A DNA stretch of 64,000 bases from IMG/VR virus record IMGVR_UViG_3300021964_000015; one strand, 5' to 3'. The notes below the pieces were generated by a model. The model searched no databases, had not been told where the DNA came from, and saw nothing but the letters and a program-made list of their open reading frames with translations. Below, in pieces: positions 25,529 to 32,834 of the stretch; position 1 is the stretch's first letter, and the number at the start of each line of letters is the position of its first letter. The position numbers and the translations under genes are program-made. The stretch comes from a virus.

Positions 25529-26956
25529 ATGACGGCAACAGAAAACAATCGCTGCATCAAAGTAGCTCGCACTGGCAGGGTTGAGAACTGGCTTAATGAC
25601 CCAGAGGGGCGGCTCGGAGTTAGCTGCACAGTATTCAACGTTCAGGATTCAATGGAGGGCAGTGACGGCATTGAAGCATCATGGCGTTTTGTTAGTCATG
25701 GTTTGCGCAATGGTGCTGGCGTAGCTGTGCATTTGTCTGATTTGCGTGCAAAAGGAAAAGAAAATGGCAAGGGGCTTGTTGCTAGTGGGCCTGTAAGTTT
25801 CGGCAAGATTTATTCCTCATTGAACGAAATCTTACGTCGTGGTGGTAAGTACAAGAATGGTGCAATTGTTTTGCATTTGGACTATACGCACGAAGATATT
25901 TTTGATTTCATTAATGCTTCGCGAAGTGAATTACCTTGGGTGAAGCGTTGCGTGAATGTAGACGATGCATTTTTTGATAATGCATCGCCCGAGCTTATTT
26001 CCGCATTGTTGAATGGTATTTCGTCTGGTGATATTTGGCTGACAAAAATTCGTTATGACCAACGTGGCAATCGCATTCGTAGCAATGTGTGCCTAGAAGT
26101 ATTTCTTCCCCATCGTGGTACGTGCCTATTGCAGCATGTAAATATGGGCGCATGCGCCATTGAAGATGTGGTTGGTGCATTTAAAGATGGCATGAGGCAA
26201 TTGTGTGAGCTTCATAGCACCACTGGCGTTGGTGATTCCGGCGAATATTTGAAGCCTGAAAATGATCGTCAAGTGGGACTTGGCATGTTGGGCCTTGCTA
26301 ATTTCTTGGCACAGGAGAAGATTTCTTATAAGGACTTTGGCCATGCCTTGAAAGCAGTGAATGATGGCGAGCCTGGTGCCATTACCAATGCACGCACTGC
26401 TGCGATCATGTTGAAGCAGGCAATGATGGAAGCAGCTGCAATTGCTCGTGAATACAACATGGACAGGGCCTTTTGCATTGCTCCTACTGCGTCATGTTCC
26501 TATCGCTATAAGGACTTAGGAGGTTTCACGACAGCCCCAGAAATTGCCCCTCCCATCGCTCGTCATGTTGATCGCGACAGCGGCACGTTTGGTGTGGAGA
26601 GCTTTGATTATGGCGAAGTGGAAACTGCTGCGGAAGTGGGCTGGGAAGACTACAAGCGCGTGGCTGATGAATTAGTACGCATGTATCAATCCACTGGATT
26701 ATTTCATGGCTATTCGTTTAATTCATGGTCTGATGTGGTCATTTATGACGAAGCATTCCTTCGTGATTGGCTAGCATCACCACAGACAAGCCTTTACTAT
26801 TCGTTGCAAGTTCTTCCGGACACGCAACGTAAAGATGACGCCTATGCGGCGCTAGATGACGATTTTAAGAGCATGTTTGGTCTCAATGAAGAGACTGAGC
26901 AGAGTTCTGCAGCTTGTGATCTAGAGGCTGGATTTTGTAGCGCATGCGCTGAATAG
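25529..26956 (+). CDS. nrdA: ribonucleotide reductase alpha subunit, class I, short cyanophage type
   Basis: VSC, SNVCLE active-site loop, IAPTASCS, SLYY tyrosine pair, C-terminal CxxC. Confidence 0.9.
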   Translation: MTATENNRCIKVARTGRVENWLNDPEGRLGVSCTVFNVQDSMEGSDGIEASWRFVSHGLRNGAGVAVHLSDLRAKGKENGKGLVASGPVSFGKIYSSLNEILRRGGKYKNGAIVLHLDYTHEDIFDFINASRSELPWVKRCVNVDDAFFDNASPELISALLNGISSGDIWLTKIRYDQRGNRIRSNVCLEVFLPHRGTCLLQHVNMGACAIEDVVGAFKDGMRQLCELHSTTGVGDSGEYLKPENDRQVGLGMLGLANFLAQEKISYKDFGHALKAVNDGEPGAITNARTAAIMLKQAMMEAAAIAREYNMDRAFCIAPTASCSYRYKDLGGFTTAPEIAPPIARHVDRDSGTFGVESFDYGEVETAAEVGWEDYKRVADELVRMYQSTGLFHGYSFNSWSDVVIYDEAFLRDWLASPQTSLYYSLQVLPDTQRKDDAYAALDDDFKSMFGLNEETEQSSAACDLEAGFCSACAE

Positions 26957-27051
26957 GGGAGTTTTCCCTTTCTATTGACAAAGAAAAAGGGGAGCTTTGG
27001 GGCTCCCCTTTGTTTCCATCACACCAAACCATCGAACTATACAGCACAGCA

Positions 27052-27789
27052 ATGGCCACTGCAGCTAAAAGTCCCTATACCAACATGATTGAGAAGAAGC
27101 GTCCCTGGCAAGCAGTGCCAGTGGAAAAGGGCGCTGTTGTTTCTGGCAGTGAGGACACAATTTTCCGTGCATTGGCACTGCGTCATCTTGAACTGCCTGT
27201 GAAGGATTTCTTGCAGCAAGGGCTGGAGCGTGATCTTCCGGCTACACCAGGCGTTGTTGAAGCATTGCTTCATAACCAGCAGGATGAGGAGCGTCATGAC
27301 CAGGCTCTCAATTACATTGTTGCCGCTCATGGCAGTGATGAAAAAGCAGAGAAGGAAGTGACCAATATTTTGAAAGCATGGAACGACCATCCTGCCCATC
27401 CAATTTTGAAGGCGTCTGTATTAGAGCGTTCTATTTTCTTTGTAATTTTGCCATTTTTCCGTTTTAATGGTGACATTGGCATGCGCACTGTTAGTGCTGA
27501 TATTTCCCGTGATGAAATTAGTCATGTTGGCATTCATTCTTTAGTTGCCAAAGAATTGAATGAAGGTGCTGGTCAAAGTTTAAACAAACTACGTCGCGCC
27601 ACTGCATTGTGGATTTTTGACAAGCTTGGCACTAGTGAAAACAAATGGCTGGACAAAGATTTCTGGCTGCGTCAAAGTGACAATTTGTTTGAACGTGGCA
27701 AGGCTGAGGAACTGTCGGACACGCAACGCAGTCGGATGCCAGCGTTTTTTGAGGCATCAAATACTAATCTTCCTAGCTACGGAAGGTAG
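27052..27789 (+). CDS. nrdB: ribonucleotide reductase beta subunit (ferritin-like)
   Basis: DEERH and DEISH metal-binding motifs; directly downstream of alpha. Confidence 0.82.
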   Translation: MATAAKSPYTNMIEKKRPWQAVPVEKGAVVSGSEDTIFRALALRHLELPVKDFLQQGLERDLPATPGVVEALLHNQQDEERHDQALNYIVAAHGSDEKAEKEVTNILKAWNDHPAHPILKASVLERSIFFVILPFFRFNGDIGMRTVSADISRDEISHVGIHSLVAKELNEGAGQSLNKLRRATALWIFDKLGTSENKWLDKDFWLRQSDNLFERGKAEELSDTQRSRMPAFFEASNTNLPSYGR

Positions 27790-27804
27790 TGATAGTATGC
27801 GAAG

Positions 27805-27868
27805 GGGAAGCTAAGACAGCGCCGAGCACATAGCCCAGAAGAGCCAGGTGCAATTCCTGGCCTTCCCA
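27805..27868 (+). pseudogene. degenerate tRNA-like element (CAT at anticodon position, no D-arm)
   Basis: GGGAAG/CTTCCC-A acceptor, CCAGG-TGCAATT-CCTGG T-arm; weak anticodon stem. Confidence 0.5.
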
Positions 27869-27894
27869 TTGTTTCCTTTTCATCGTCAGTTGCA

Positions 27895-28446
27895 ATGGAA
27901 GATTTTTACACTTATGCCTACCTGCGAGAAGATGGCAGCCCGTACTACATAGGCAAAGGACGAGGAAATCGGGCTTGGGCGCCTCACACAAAGTGTGCAG
28001 CCCAAAGGCCAAAGGATAAAAGTCGAATAATACTACTAAAACAAAACTTGTCAGAAGCAGAAGCATTTCGACACGAGGAATACCTGATTGCAATTCTGGG
28101 ACGAAAAGATCTCGGCACAGGATTGTTGCGCAATATGACAAACGGTGGAGAAGGAAGCTCTGGATTCTCCAGTGAGGTAATTGAGAAGATTCGCAAGGCC
28201 CGTCAATCTCAACCGTGTCCACGAAAGAACTCAGCTCACAGCGAAGAAACAAAAGCTCTCTATCGCAAGCAGCGCAAGCAATATGAATACACCTTTTACG
28301 GTCCTAATGGAGAGATCGTCACTGGCTTATCGCCAACTGAAATGTGCGCATTGCACCCGCAACTGCAAAGAGGAAACCTGATAGCGGTTGCTCGTGGATC
28401 CAAGAGTATCCACAAGGGATGGAAGGCTTCCCGCGTAAAGATCTAG
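27895..28446 (+). CDS. GIY-YIG-like homing endonuclease with NUMOD-type domains
   Basis: FYTYAY..PYYIGKG..RA, E..LI, LRNMTNGGEG, HSEETK. Confidence 0.8.
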   Translation: MEDFYTYAYLREDGSPYYIGKGRGNRAWAPHTKCAAQRPKDKSRIILLKQNLSEAEAFRHEEYLIAILGRKDLGTGLLRNMTNGGEGSSGFSSEVIEKIRKARQSQPCPRKNSAHSEETKALYRKQRKQYEYTFYGPNGEIVTGLSPTEMCALHPQLQRGNLIAVARGSKSIHKGWKASRVKI

Positions 28447-28452
28447 GGAATC

Positions 28453-29004
28453 ATGTCGCTATTTGTCACCTCGGACACCCACTGGGGTCACACCAAGATG
28501 CTTACTTTCGTGCATACTGATGGCACCCCCGTGCGCCCATTCTCTTCAGTGGAGGAGATGCACGAGACGATGGTGGAGCGATGGAACAATGCCGTCGGTC
28601 CTAGGGATACGGTTTACCACCTAGGAGACGTGGCCATCCCGCGCAGTGGGCTGCGCGTGCTGGAGCGTCTCAATGGAAGGAAGATTCTCATTCGCGGCAA
28701 TCACGATATCTTCAAAATGGCTGACTATGCGAAGTATTTCTATGACATTCGCGGGTGTCATTACAGGGATGGCCTGGTATTTAGTCACATTCCCCTCCAT
28801 CGTGATTGTTTCATCTCAGAGCGGTATTGGGGAAATGTGCATGGCCACCTCCATCGTCACACTGTGATGTATCAAGGAATGCCCGATCCGTTCTATTTCA
28901 ACGCTTGTGTAGAAGTTAATAGCTTTACACCTGTAGCATATGAAGAGATAAAGGCGCACTTCGCGGATGTCCGAGCGTCGAACGTTCAACACGCCGCTGC
29001 GTGA
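28453..29004 (+). CDS. calcineurin-like metallophosphoesterase
   Basis: SDTHWGH, HLGD, RGNHD, SHIP, HGHLH. Confidence 0.9.
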   Translation: MSLFVTSDTHWGHTKMLTFVHTDGTPVRPFSSVEEMHETMVERWNNAVGPRDTVYHLGDVAIPRSGLRVLERLNGRKILIRGNHDIFKMADYAKYFYDIRGCHYRDGLVFSHIPLHRDCFISERYWGNVHGHLHRHTVMYQGMPDPFYFNACVEVNSFTPVAYEEIKAHFADVRASNVQHAAA

Positions 29005-29167
29005 GCCGCTCAATCCCATCATCCATCGCTTGTTACAGGCTGTGGATTGGCACAACTCTCAGTATTTCAAGGACAACAATCCTTGGCACCTACAGAAGGC
29101 CGATATTATCAGGCAGTATGTGCGCGAGCTGAAGGCTTGGGTGTATGAGCAAGAGGAGAGGGCTTGA
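28967..29167 (+). CDS. hypothetical protein
   Basis: 66-aa ORF filling the gap to the MTase promoter. Confidence 0.6.
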   Translation: MSERRTFNTPLREPLNPIIHRLLQAVDWHNSQYFKDNNPWHLQKADIIRQYVRELKAWVYEQEERA

Positions 29168-29191
29168 CACGCTTTGCGCCCCCCTTATCAT
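29164..29191 (+). promoter_or_regulatory. sigma70-type promoter, probably giving a leaderless mRNA
   Basis: TTGACA-N16-TATCAT with ATG 7 nt downstream. Confidence 0.55.
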
Positions 29192-29197
29192 GTTCGC

Positions 29198-29980
29198 ATG
29201 ATCAAACCCCTCACTGTTCTTGACCTCTTCTCGGGAATTGGTGGCTTTAGCTATGCAGCGGAACGTCTCGTCGGCGGTTTCAAGACCATCGCCTTCTGTG
29301 AGCCAGATGGAGCTTGTCAGCGTGTTCTCAACAAGCACTGGCCCAACACGCCCGTATTCCCAGATGTCCGCACGCTCTCAGCGGAAGCCGTCAAAGAGCT
29401 TTGTCCAAGTGGACTTTCTCTCGTCACTGCTGGCTTCCCCTGTCAAGACCTTAGTTGTGCAGGAAAACAACTTGGTTACGATGGGGAACGCAGTGTATTG
29501 TTCTATGAAATCATCCGTTTGGCTAGGGAGCTTAGACCTGACTTCCTCTTACTTGAAAACGTTAGAAATTTACTCTCTCACCAAAACGGGGAAACGTTCC
29601 AAGAAACCCTCTTTCAAATTGCCAAAGCAGGGTACGATGCAGAATGGGCAGTTATTCCAGCAAGTGATTTGGGAGCCTGTCATAGAAGGGAACGTATCTG
29701 GATTGTTGCCTACGCCAACAACTCGCGATTACAAAGACAGCGGACCGAATGTGAACTATCAGAAAGCAGCGGACAAAGGGCGCTTACCTGGTGCTGTGGT
29801 GATTCAATGCTCAGCCCAAAATGGGGGGGGTACATATCTAAACCCGTCCTTTGTAGAGGAGATGATGGGCTATCCCATCGGGTGGACAGACTTAAGCAAT
29901 TAGGAAATAGTATTGTTCCACAAGTTGCCGCCATTCCATTGCAGCGAATTAAAGAGCTGGCGAATTTAGAGGCTGAATGA
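29198..29980 (+). CDS. DNA (cytosine-5) methyltransferase, alpha polypeptide (motifs I-VIII and X)
   Basis: DLFSGIGG, GFPCQDLS, ENV, HRRERIW, LGNSIVPQV. Confidence 0.92.
   Translation: MIKPLTVLDLFSGIGGFSYAAERLVGGFKTIAFCEPDGACQRVLNKHWPNTPVFPDVRTLSAEAVKELCPSGLSLVTAGFPCQDLSCAGKQLGYDGERSVLFYEIIRLARELRPDFLLLENVRNLLSHQNGETFQETLFQIAKAGYDAEWAVIPASDLGACHRRERIWIVAYANNSRLQRQRTECELSESSGQRALTWCCGDSMLSPKWGGYISKPVLCRGDDGLSHRVDRLKQLGNSIVPQVAAIPLQRIKELANLEAE
29220..29903 (+). CDS. nested alternative-frame beta polypeptide of the C5 methyltransferase (TRD plus motif IX)
   Basis: 227-codon ORF in the +1 frame ending LLPTPTTRDYKD...LNPSFVEEMMGYPIGWT; start uncertain. Confidence 0.72.
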   Translation: MTSSRELVALAMQRNVSSAVSRPSPSVSQMELVSVFSTSTGPTRPYSQMSARSQRKPSKSFVQVDFLSSLLASPVKTLVVQENNLVTMGNAVYCSMKSSVWLGSLDLTSSYLKTLEIYSLTKTGKRSKKPSFKLPKQGTMQNGQLFQQVIWEPVIEGNVSGLLPTPTTRDYKDSGPNVNYQKAADKGRLPGAVVIQCSAQNGGGTYLNPSFVEEMMGYPIGWTDLSN

Positions 29981-30180
29981 AAAAGATTTGGCGACTCTGG
30001 GCTCTGTCTCTGGGTGAAAAAGCTGGAAAGCACGACCGTGAGGCGGATACGGTAGCCATAATTCGCACTTTTATTTTTGCTTCTTATTTAATTACAAACA
30101 TTGCCATCGTTGCAAACGCTTGGCGTCACTGGAATGACCAGCCATCGAGTTGTGTGCAGACATTAGGAAAGGGGGCCTGA
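29977..30180 (+). CDS. small membrane protein
   Basis: WRLWA.SLGEK....DREAD.VA.IRT plus one TM segment. Confidence 0.7.
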   Translation: MKKIWRLWALSLGEKAGKHDREADTVAIIRTFIFASYLITNIAIVANAWRHWNDQPSSCVQTLGKGA

Positions 30181-30192
30181 GCCCCCTTTCCC
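30164..30192. terminator. bidirectional terminator
   Basis: GGAAAGGGGG/CCCCCTTTCC stem between convergent units. Confidence 0.7.
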
Positions 30193-30280
30193 TTTGCCTA
30201 GCGCTTTGACGGTTTGAACGACGAGCGAACGTCGTGGCGAGGTGAAAAGCGCGTCAGCTTGCCAAGCTTACCACAGCGGT

Positions 30281-30400
30281 TCAGAACCAATGAGGCTTGG
30301 GTACGTAGGCTACGCCTCGGTAAACAAGGCTTGCCATTTGTGCTTCGCGTAGGCGAGCAGCCTTCTCAAGCTGCTGCTTGATGAGAGCGAGAGGGTTCAT
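30281..30400 (-). CDS. DUF4278-type downstream peptide (39 aa)
   Basis: MNPLALIKQQLEKAARLREAQMASLVYRGVAYVPKPHWF with L.YRGV.Y motif; GGAG upstream. Confidence 0.8.
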   Translation of the reverse strand: MNPLALIKQQLEKAARLREAQMASLVYRGVAYVPKPHWF

Positions 30401-30415
30401 GGTTGTTCTCCACAG

Positions 30416-30470
30416 CCTAGACCCCGTTCCATGTCTAGGGTGCATGCAACCTGTCGCCAGGTCGAACGTA
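30416..30470 (-). promoter_or_regulatory. glutamine-II (Downstream-peptide) riboswitch
   Basis: 5' CGUUC can pair with loop GGAACG; stems ACCUG-GCGA-CAGGU and CUAGAC/GUCUAG; upstream of a YRGV.Y peptide. Confidence 0.8.
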
Positions 30471-30486
30471 AATTCATCCTATCAAA

Positions 30487-30560
30487 TACCCCCAACAGGA
30501 TTCGAACCTGTACTGTGGCGATTTTAAGTCGCGTGTCTCTACCAGTTGGACTATGGGGGC
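30487..30560 (-). tRNA. trnL: tRNA-Leu(TAA), short variable loop, no encoded CCA
   Basis: GCCCCCA/TGGGGGT-A acceptor, GTC/GAC D-stem, CTTAAAA loop, ACAGG-TTCGAAT-CCTGT T-arm. Confidence 0.9.
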
Positions 30561-30561
30561 A

Positions 30562-30731
30562 TGAGCAGAAGCGGAACGCATTAGTCCCATAATGGTCGTG
30601 CGGCGACCCTTCTGCCTGCTTCATCGCCGTGTTGCACGGCAGCATAAAGAATCTTCCCCTTTCTTTATGCAAGAGGTCATGAGCCTCGTAAGCCATATGG
30701 GCGTCCCCGCATGGCTGCATCGCGAATGCAG
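30562..30731 (-). ncRNA. putative multi-hairpin ncRNA upstream of tRNA-Leu
   Basis: TATACT -10 at 30736-30741 followed by five adjacent hairpins and a branched domain. Confidence 0.55.
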
Positions 30732-30747
30732 GAAAAGTATAGCTTAT

Positions 30748-30888
30748 TTACTGGCGCCATGACCAATAGACAACGCCTCCTTTTTCAAGGATGCACCGAT
30801 GGTAATGGCGAGCTTCTGAAAGCGGGATGCAAGTTTGATGCTTCCTTCCATCGATGATGTATTGAATGCAAACAGTATTGCCATTCAT
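30748..30888 (-). CDS. hypothetical protein (46 aa)
   Basis: Read manually; ATGA overlap with the CP12-like gene. Confidence 0.5.
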   Translation of the reverse strand: MNGNTVCIQYIIDGRKHQTCIPLSEARHYHRCILEKGGVVYWSWRQ

Positions 30889-31127
30889 ACGTCGTACACG
30901 CGACATTCCAAGGCGTAAGGATGGAGGGCGCAGAAATTGTCCAATTGTATTGACGTGTCGAAAGGGTGGCTCATCTCCTGGCGATATGCGTCCATTGCGG
31001 CGTTGTATTGTTTTTGTGCATTATTTGCTTCTTCACTATCAGAGCCATGCGTGTTGAATGCCATGGTTAAATCAAAAGAAGCATCTACGACTTTTGCGAA
31101 AGACTGATGGAGATGTTCGCTGTCCAT
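30885..31127 (-). CDS. cp12: CP12-like protein
   Basis: C-terminal LDNFCALHPYALECRVYDV matches the CP12 C-x8-C-R-x-Y-D motif. Confidence 0.75.
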   Translation of the reverse strand: MDSEHLHQSFAKVVDASFDLTMAFNTHGSDSEEANNAQKQYNAAMDAYRQEMSHPFDTSIQLDNFCALHPYALECRVYDV

Positions 31128-31155
31128 TGTATTCCCTTGAACATCTTCAGAATAA

Positions 31156-31344
31156 TCAAGCTTCAGGAGGTTGTTGTGCTTTTTGTTGCTTTTTCAAGAT
31201 TTGATAAGTTTTACGAAGGCGAGGCAGTAATGATGGCTGGTAGAAATGTTCGGCTGCAAGTAATTGCAGGGCAGTTTGACGATCGCTTTCAAGAAGGGTG
31301 ACAAGGAATTGCGCTTCTTGATAGTTAAGGGAGAAGTTGTCCAT
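31156..31344 (-). CDS. hypothetical protein
   Basis: 62-aa ORF between terL and cp12. Confidence 0.6.
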   Translation of the reverse strand: MDNFSLNYQEAQFLVTLLESDRQTALQLLAAEHFYQPSLLPRLRKTYQILKKQQKAQQPPEA

Positions 31345-31372
31345 TTAGAAAGATTTTTAAATATGTTAAAGC

Positions 31373-32746
31373 TTACAGGAAATTTTCAAGCCAATTGGCT
31401 TCATCATCTTTATTGGCTGCATGAATGCCTGCCGCCAATGCAAATGCATGGTCGTCAATACCAGTTTGCTTACCACCAGTGACTGACCATTGTCCACCAG
31501 CCTTATAGACAACAGTGAGGTTTTTGATTTCGGAAATAGCCTTTTCGTGGTTATAGATGTTGACTTGCCCAGCATTGAACAATTCGCGCATTTTTGAAAA
31601 TGCTTTTGTCTTGGAGCTAAGTGTCCAAGTGAGTTCTTCAATGGGGAAATCACCAGAGAGTGCTTGAATGGTGCCAGCACTGTTGTATTGGTCCATGACA
31701 ATCTTTTCAAACACATATAGCTTGTGTTGTTCTCGTATCCAATCTTCCACTGCATTGATATTCACTTCTTTCCTTCCATTGATTTCAAAATCAGCCACAA
31801 ACGTGTGGAATTTATCCACCACTAAAGTTCCATTATCAAAATGAACAATACAAGCAGTGTAATTGTCTCGACCAATGCCGCCGCGAGCAGGGTCAAGAGA
31901 AAGGACGTAAGAACCAACAAAACGCTCTTCTGGAGGAAGAGCTTTCCTTTTATCATCAATGCACGCTTCAACAACATCAGGAGAAATTAGGGCAGAAAGA
32001 TTAGCTGAGAATTGAGCGCCATATTCAACGTTAAATTTATCTGGATCACGCTGGCGTTCTAGATCAAGGAATTCACGAGAGATGGTTGGGTTCATCTCCC
32101 ATGTTGGGAGGTTTACTGCTTGAAGGTGAGGAAATCTTCCTGATGCTGCTTCTTTGAAATGTTGATAGAAGAGTCCATCAGTTAGCCATGGTGAGGATAG
32201 TTCAAGGATTTTGCCATCTTTACCGAACTGTGCAACTGCTGGCGAGAGTGCTTGATAAATGCCATTAGCGCCCGAGTTTGCATCTCCATCAACGGCAAAT
32301 GCGAGTTCGTCAAACACGCAAGCGCAACATGCAAGACCACGAGCGGCCCTACCAGAAGTGGGAATTGCTTTGAATACACAACCATTGCTCATTTCTAATT
32401 GATCTGCAGTTTCGCGGGCGATTTCTTGCGCGAAAGGGCTATCAAGGATGAGCTGACGGATGTTATTAAGGGCAATACGGCTTTGGTCTTGACTATTGGC
32501 AACGGTAAGGACGTACCACTTTTCTCCTTTTCTTACTTTCGCTTTGTATTTATCTTCTAAAACAAAGCAAATGTAAACGCAGGCTACTGCGGCCATCAAC
32601 GTTTTACCGCTGCGTCGTCCAAGTGCCCATGTTGCTTGTGAATAGCCTCCTGCGAAAAAGCTATCAAGAATTTCGGACTGTTTTGGATAGAGTTCAAGAC
32701 GCAGAGCGTGCTTAGCGAAATCAGAGCAAGAAAGCCTGGTCATCAC
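31373..32746 (-). CDS. terL: terminase large subunit
   Basis: LYPKQ, GRRSGKT, VFDE, SSP, SLDPA nuclease motif, DDHAFA. Confidence 0.92.
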   Translation of the reverse strand: MMTRLSCSDFAKHALRLELYPKQSEILDSFFAGGYSQATWALGRRSGKTLMAAVACVYICFVLEDKYKAKVRKGEKWYVLTVANSQDQSRIALNNIRQLILDSPFAQEIARETADQLEMSNGCVFKAIPTSGRAARGLACCACVFDELAFAVDGDANSGANGIYQALSPAVAQFGKDGKILELSSPWLTDGLFYQHFKEAASGRFPHLQAVNLPTWEMNPTISREFLDLERQRDPDKFNVEYGAQFSANLSALISPDVVEACIDDKRKALPPEERFVGSYVLSLDPARGGIGRDNYTACIVHFDNGTLVVDKFHTFVADFEINGRKEVNINAVEDWIREQHKLYVFEKIVMDQYNSAGTIQALSGDFPIEELTWTLSSKTKAFSKMRELFNAGQVNIYNHEKAISEIKNLTVVYKAGGQWSVTGGKQTGIDDHAFALAAGIHAANKDDEANWLENFL

Positions 32747-32834
32747 TTATTTCCCAAGGTTTCATAACCTTCACAATGTTGATGCACAGTTGTTCATCAA
32801 CTTTTAGAATAGTCACATCTGTAAGATTTTAAGC

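Noticed and set aside
30397-30720. 107-aa ORF
   Set aside because: Runs through the tRNA and the riboswitch.
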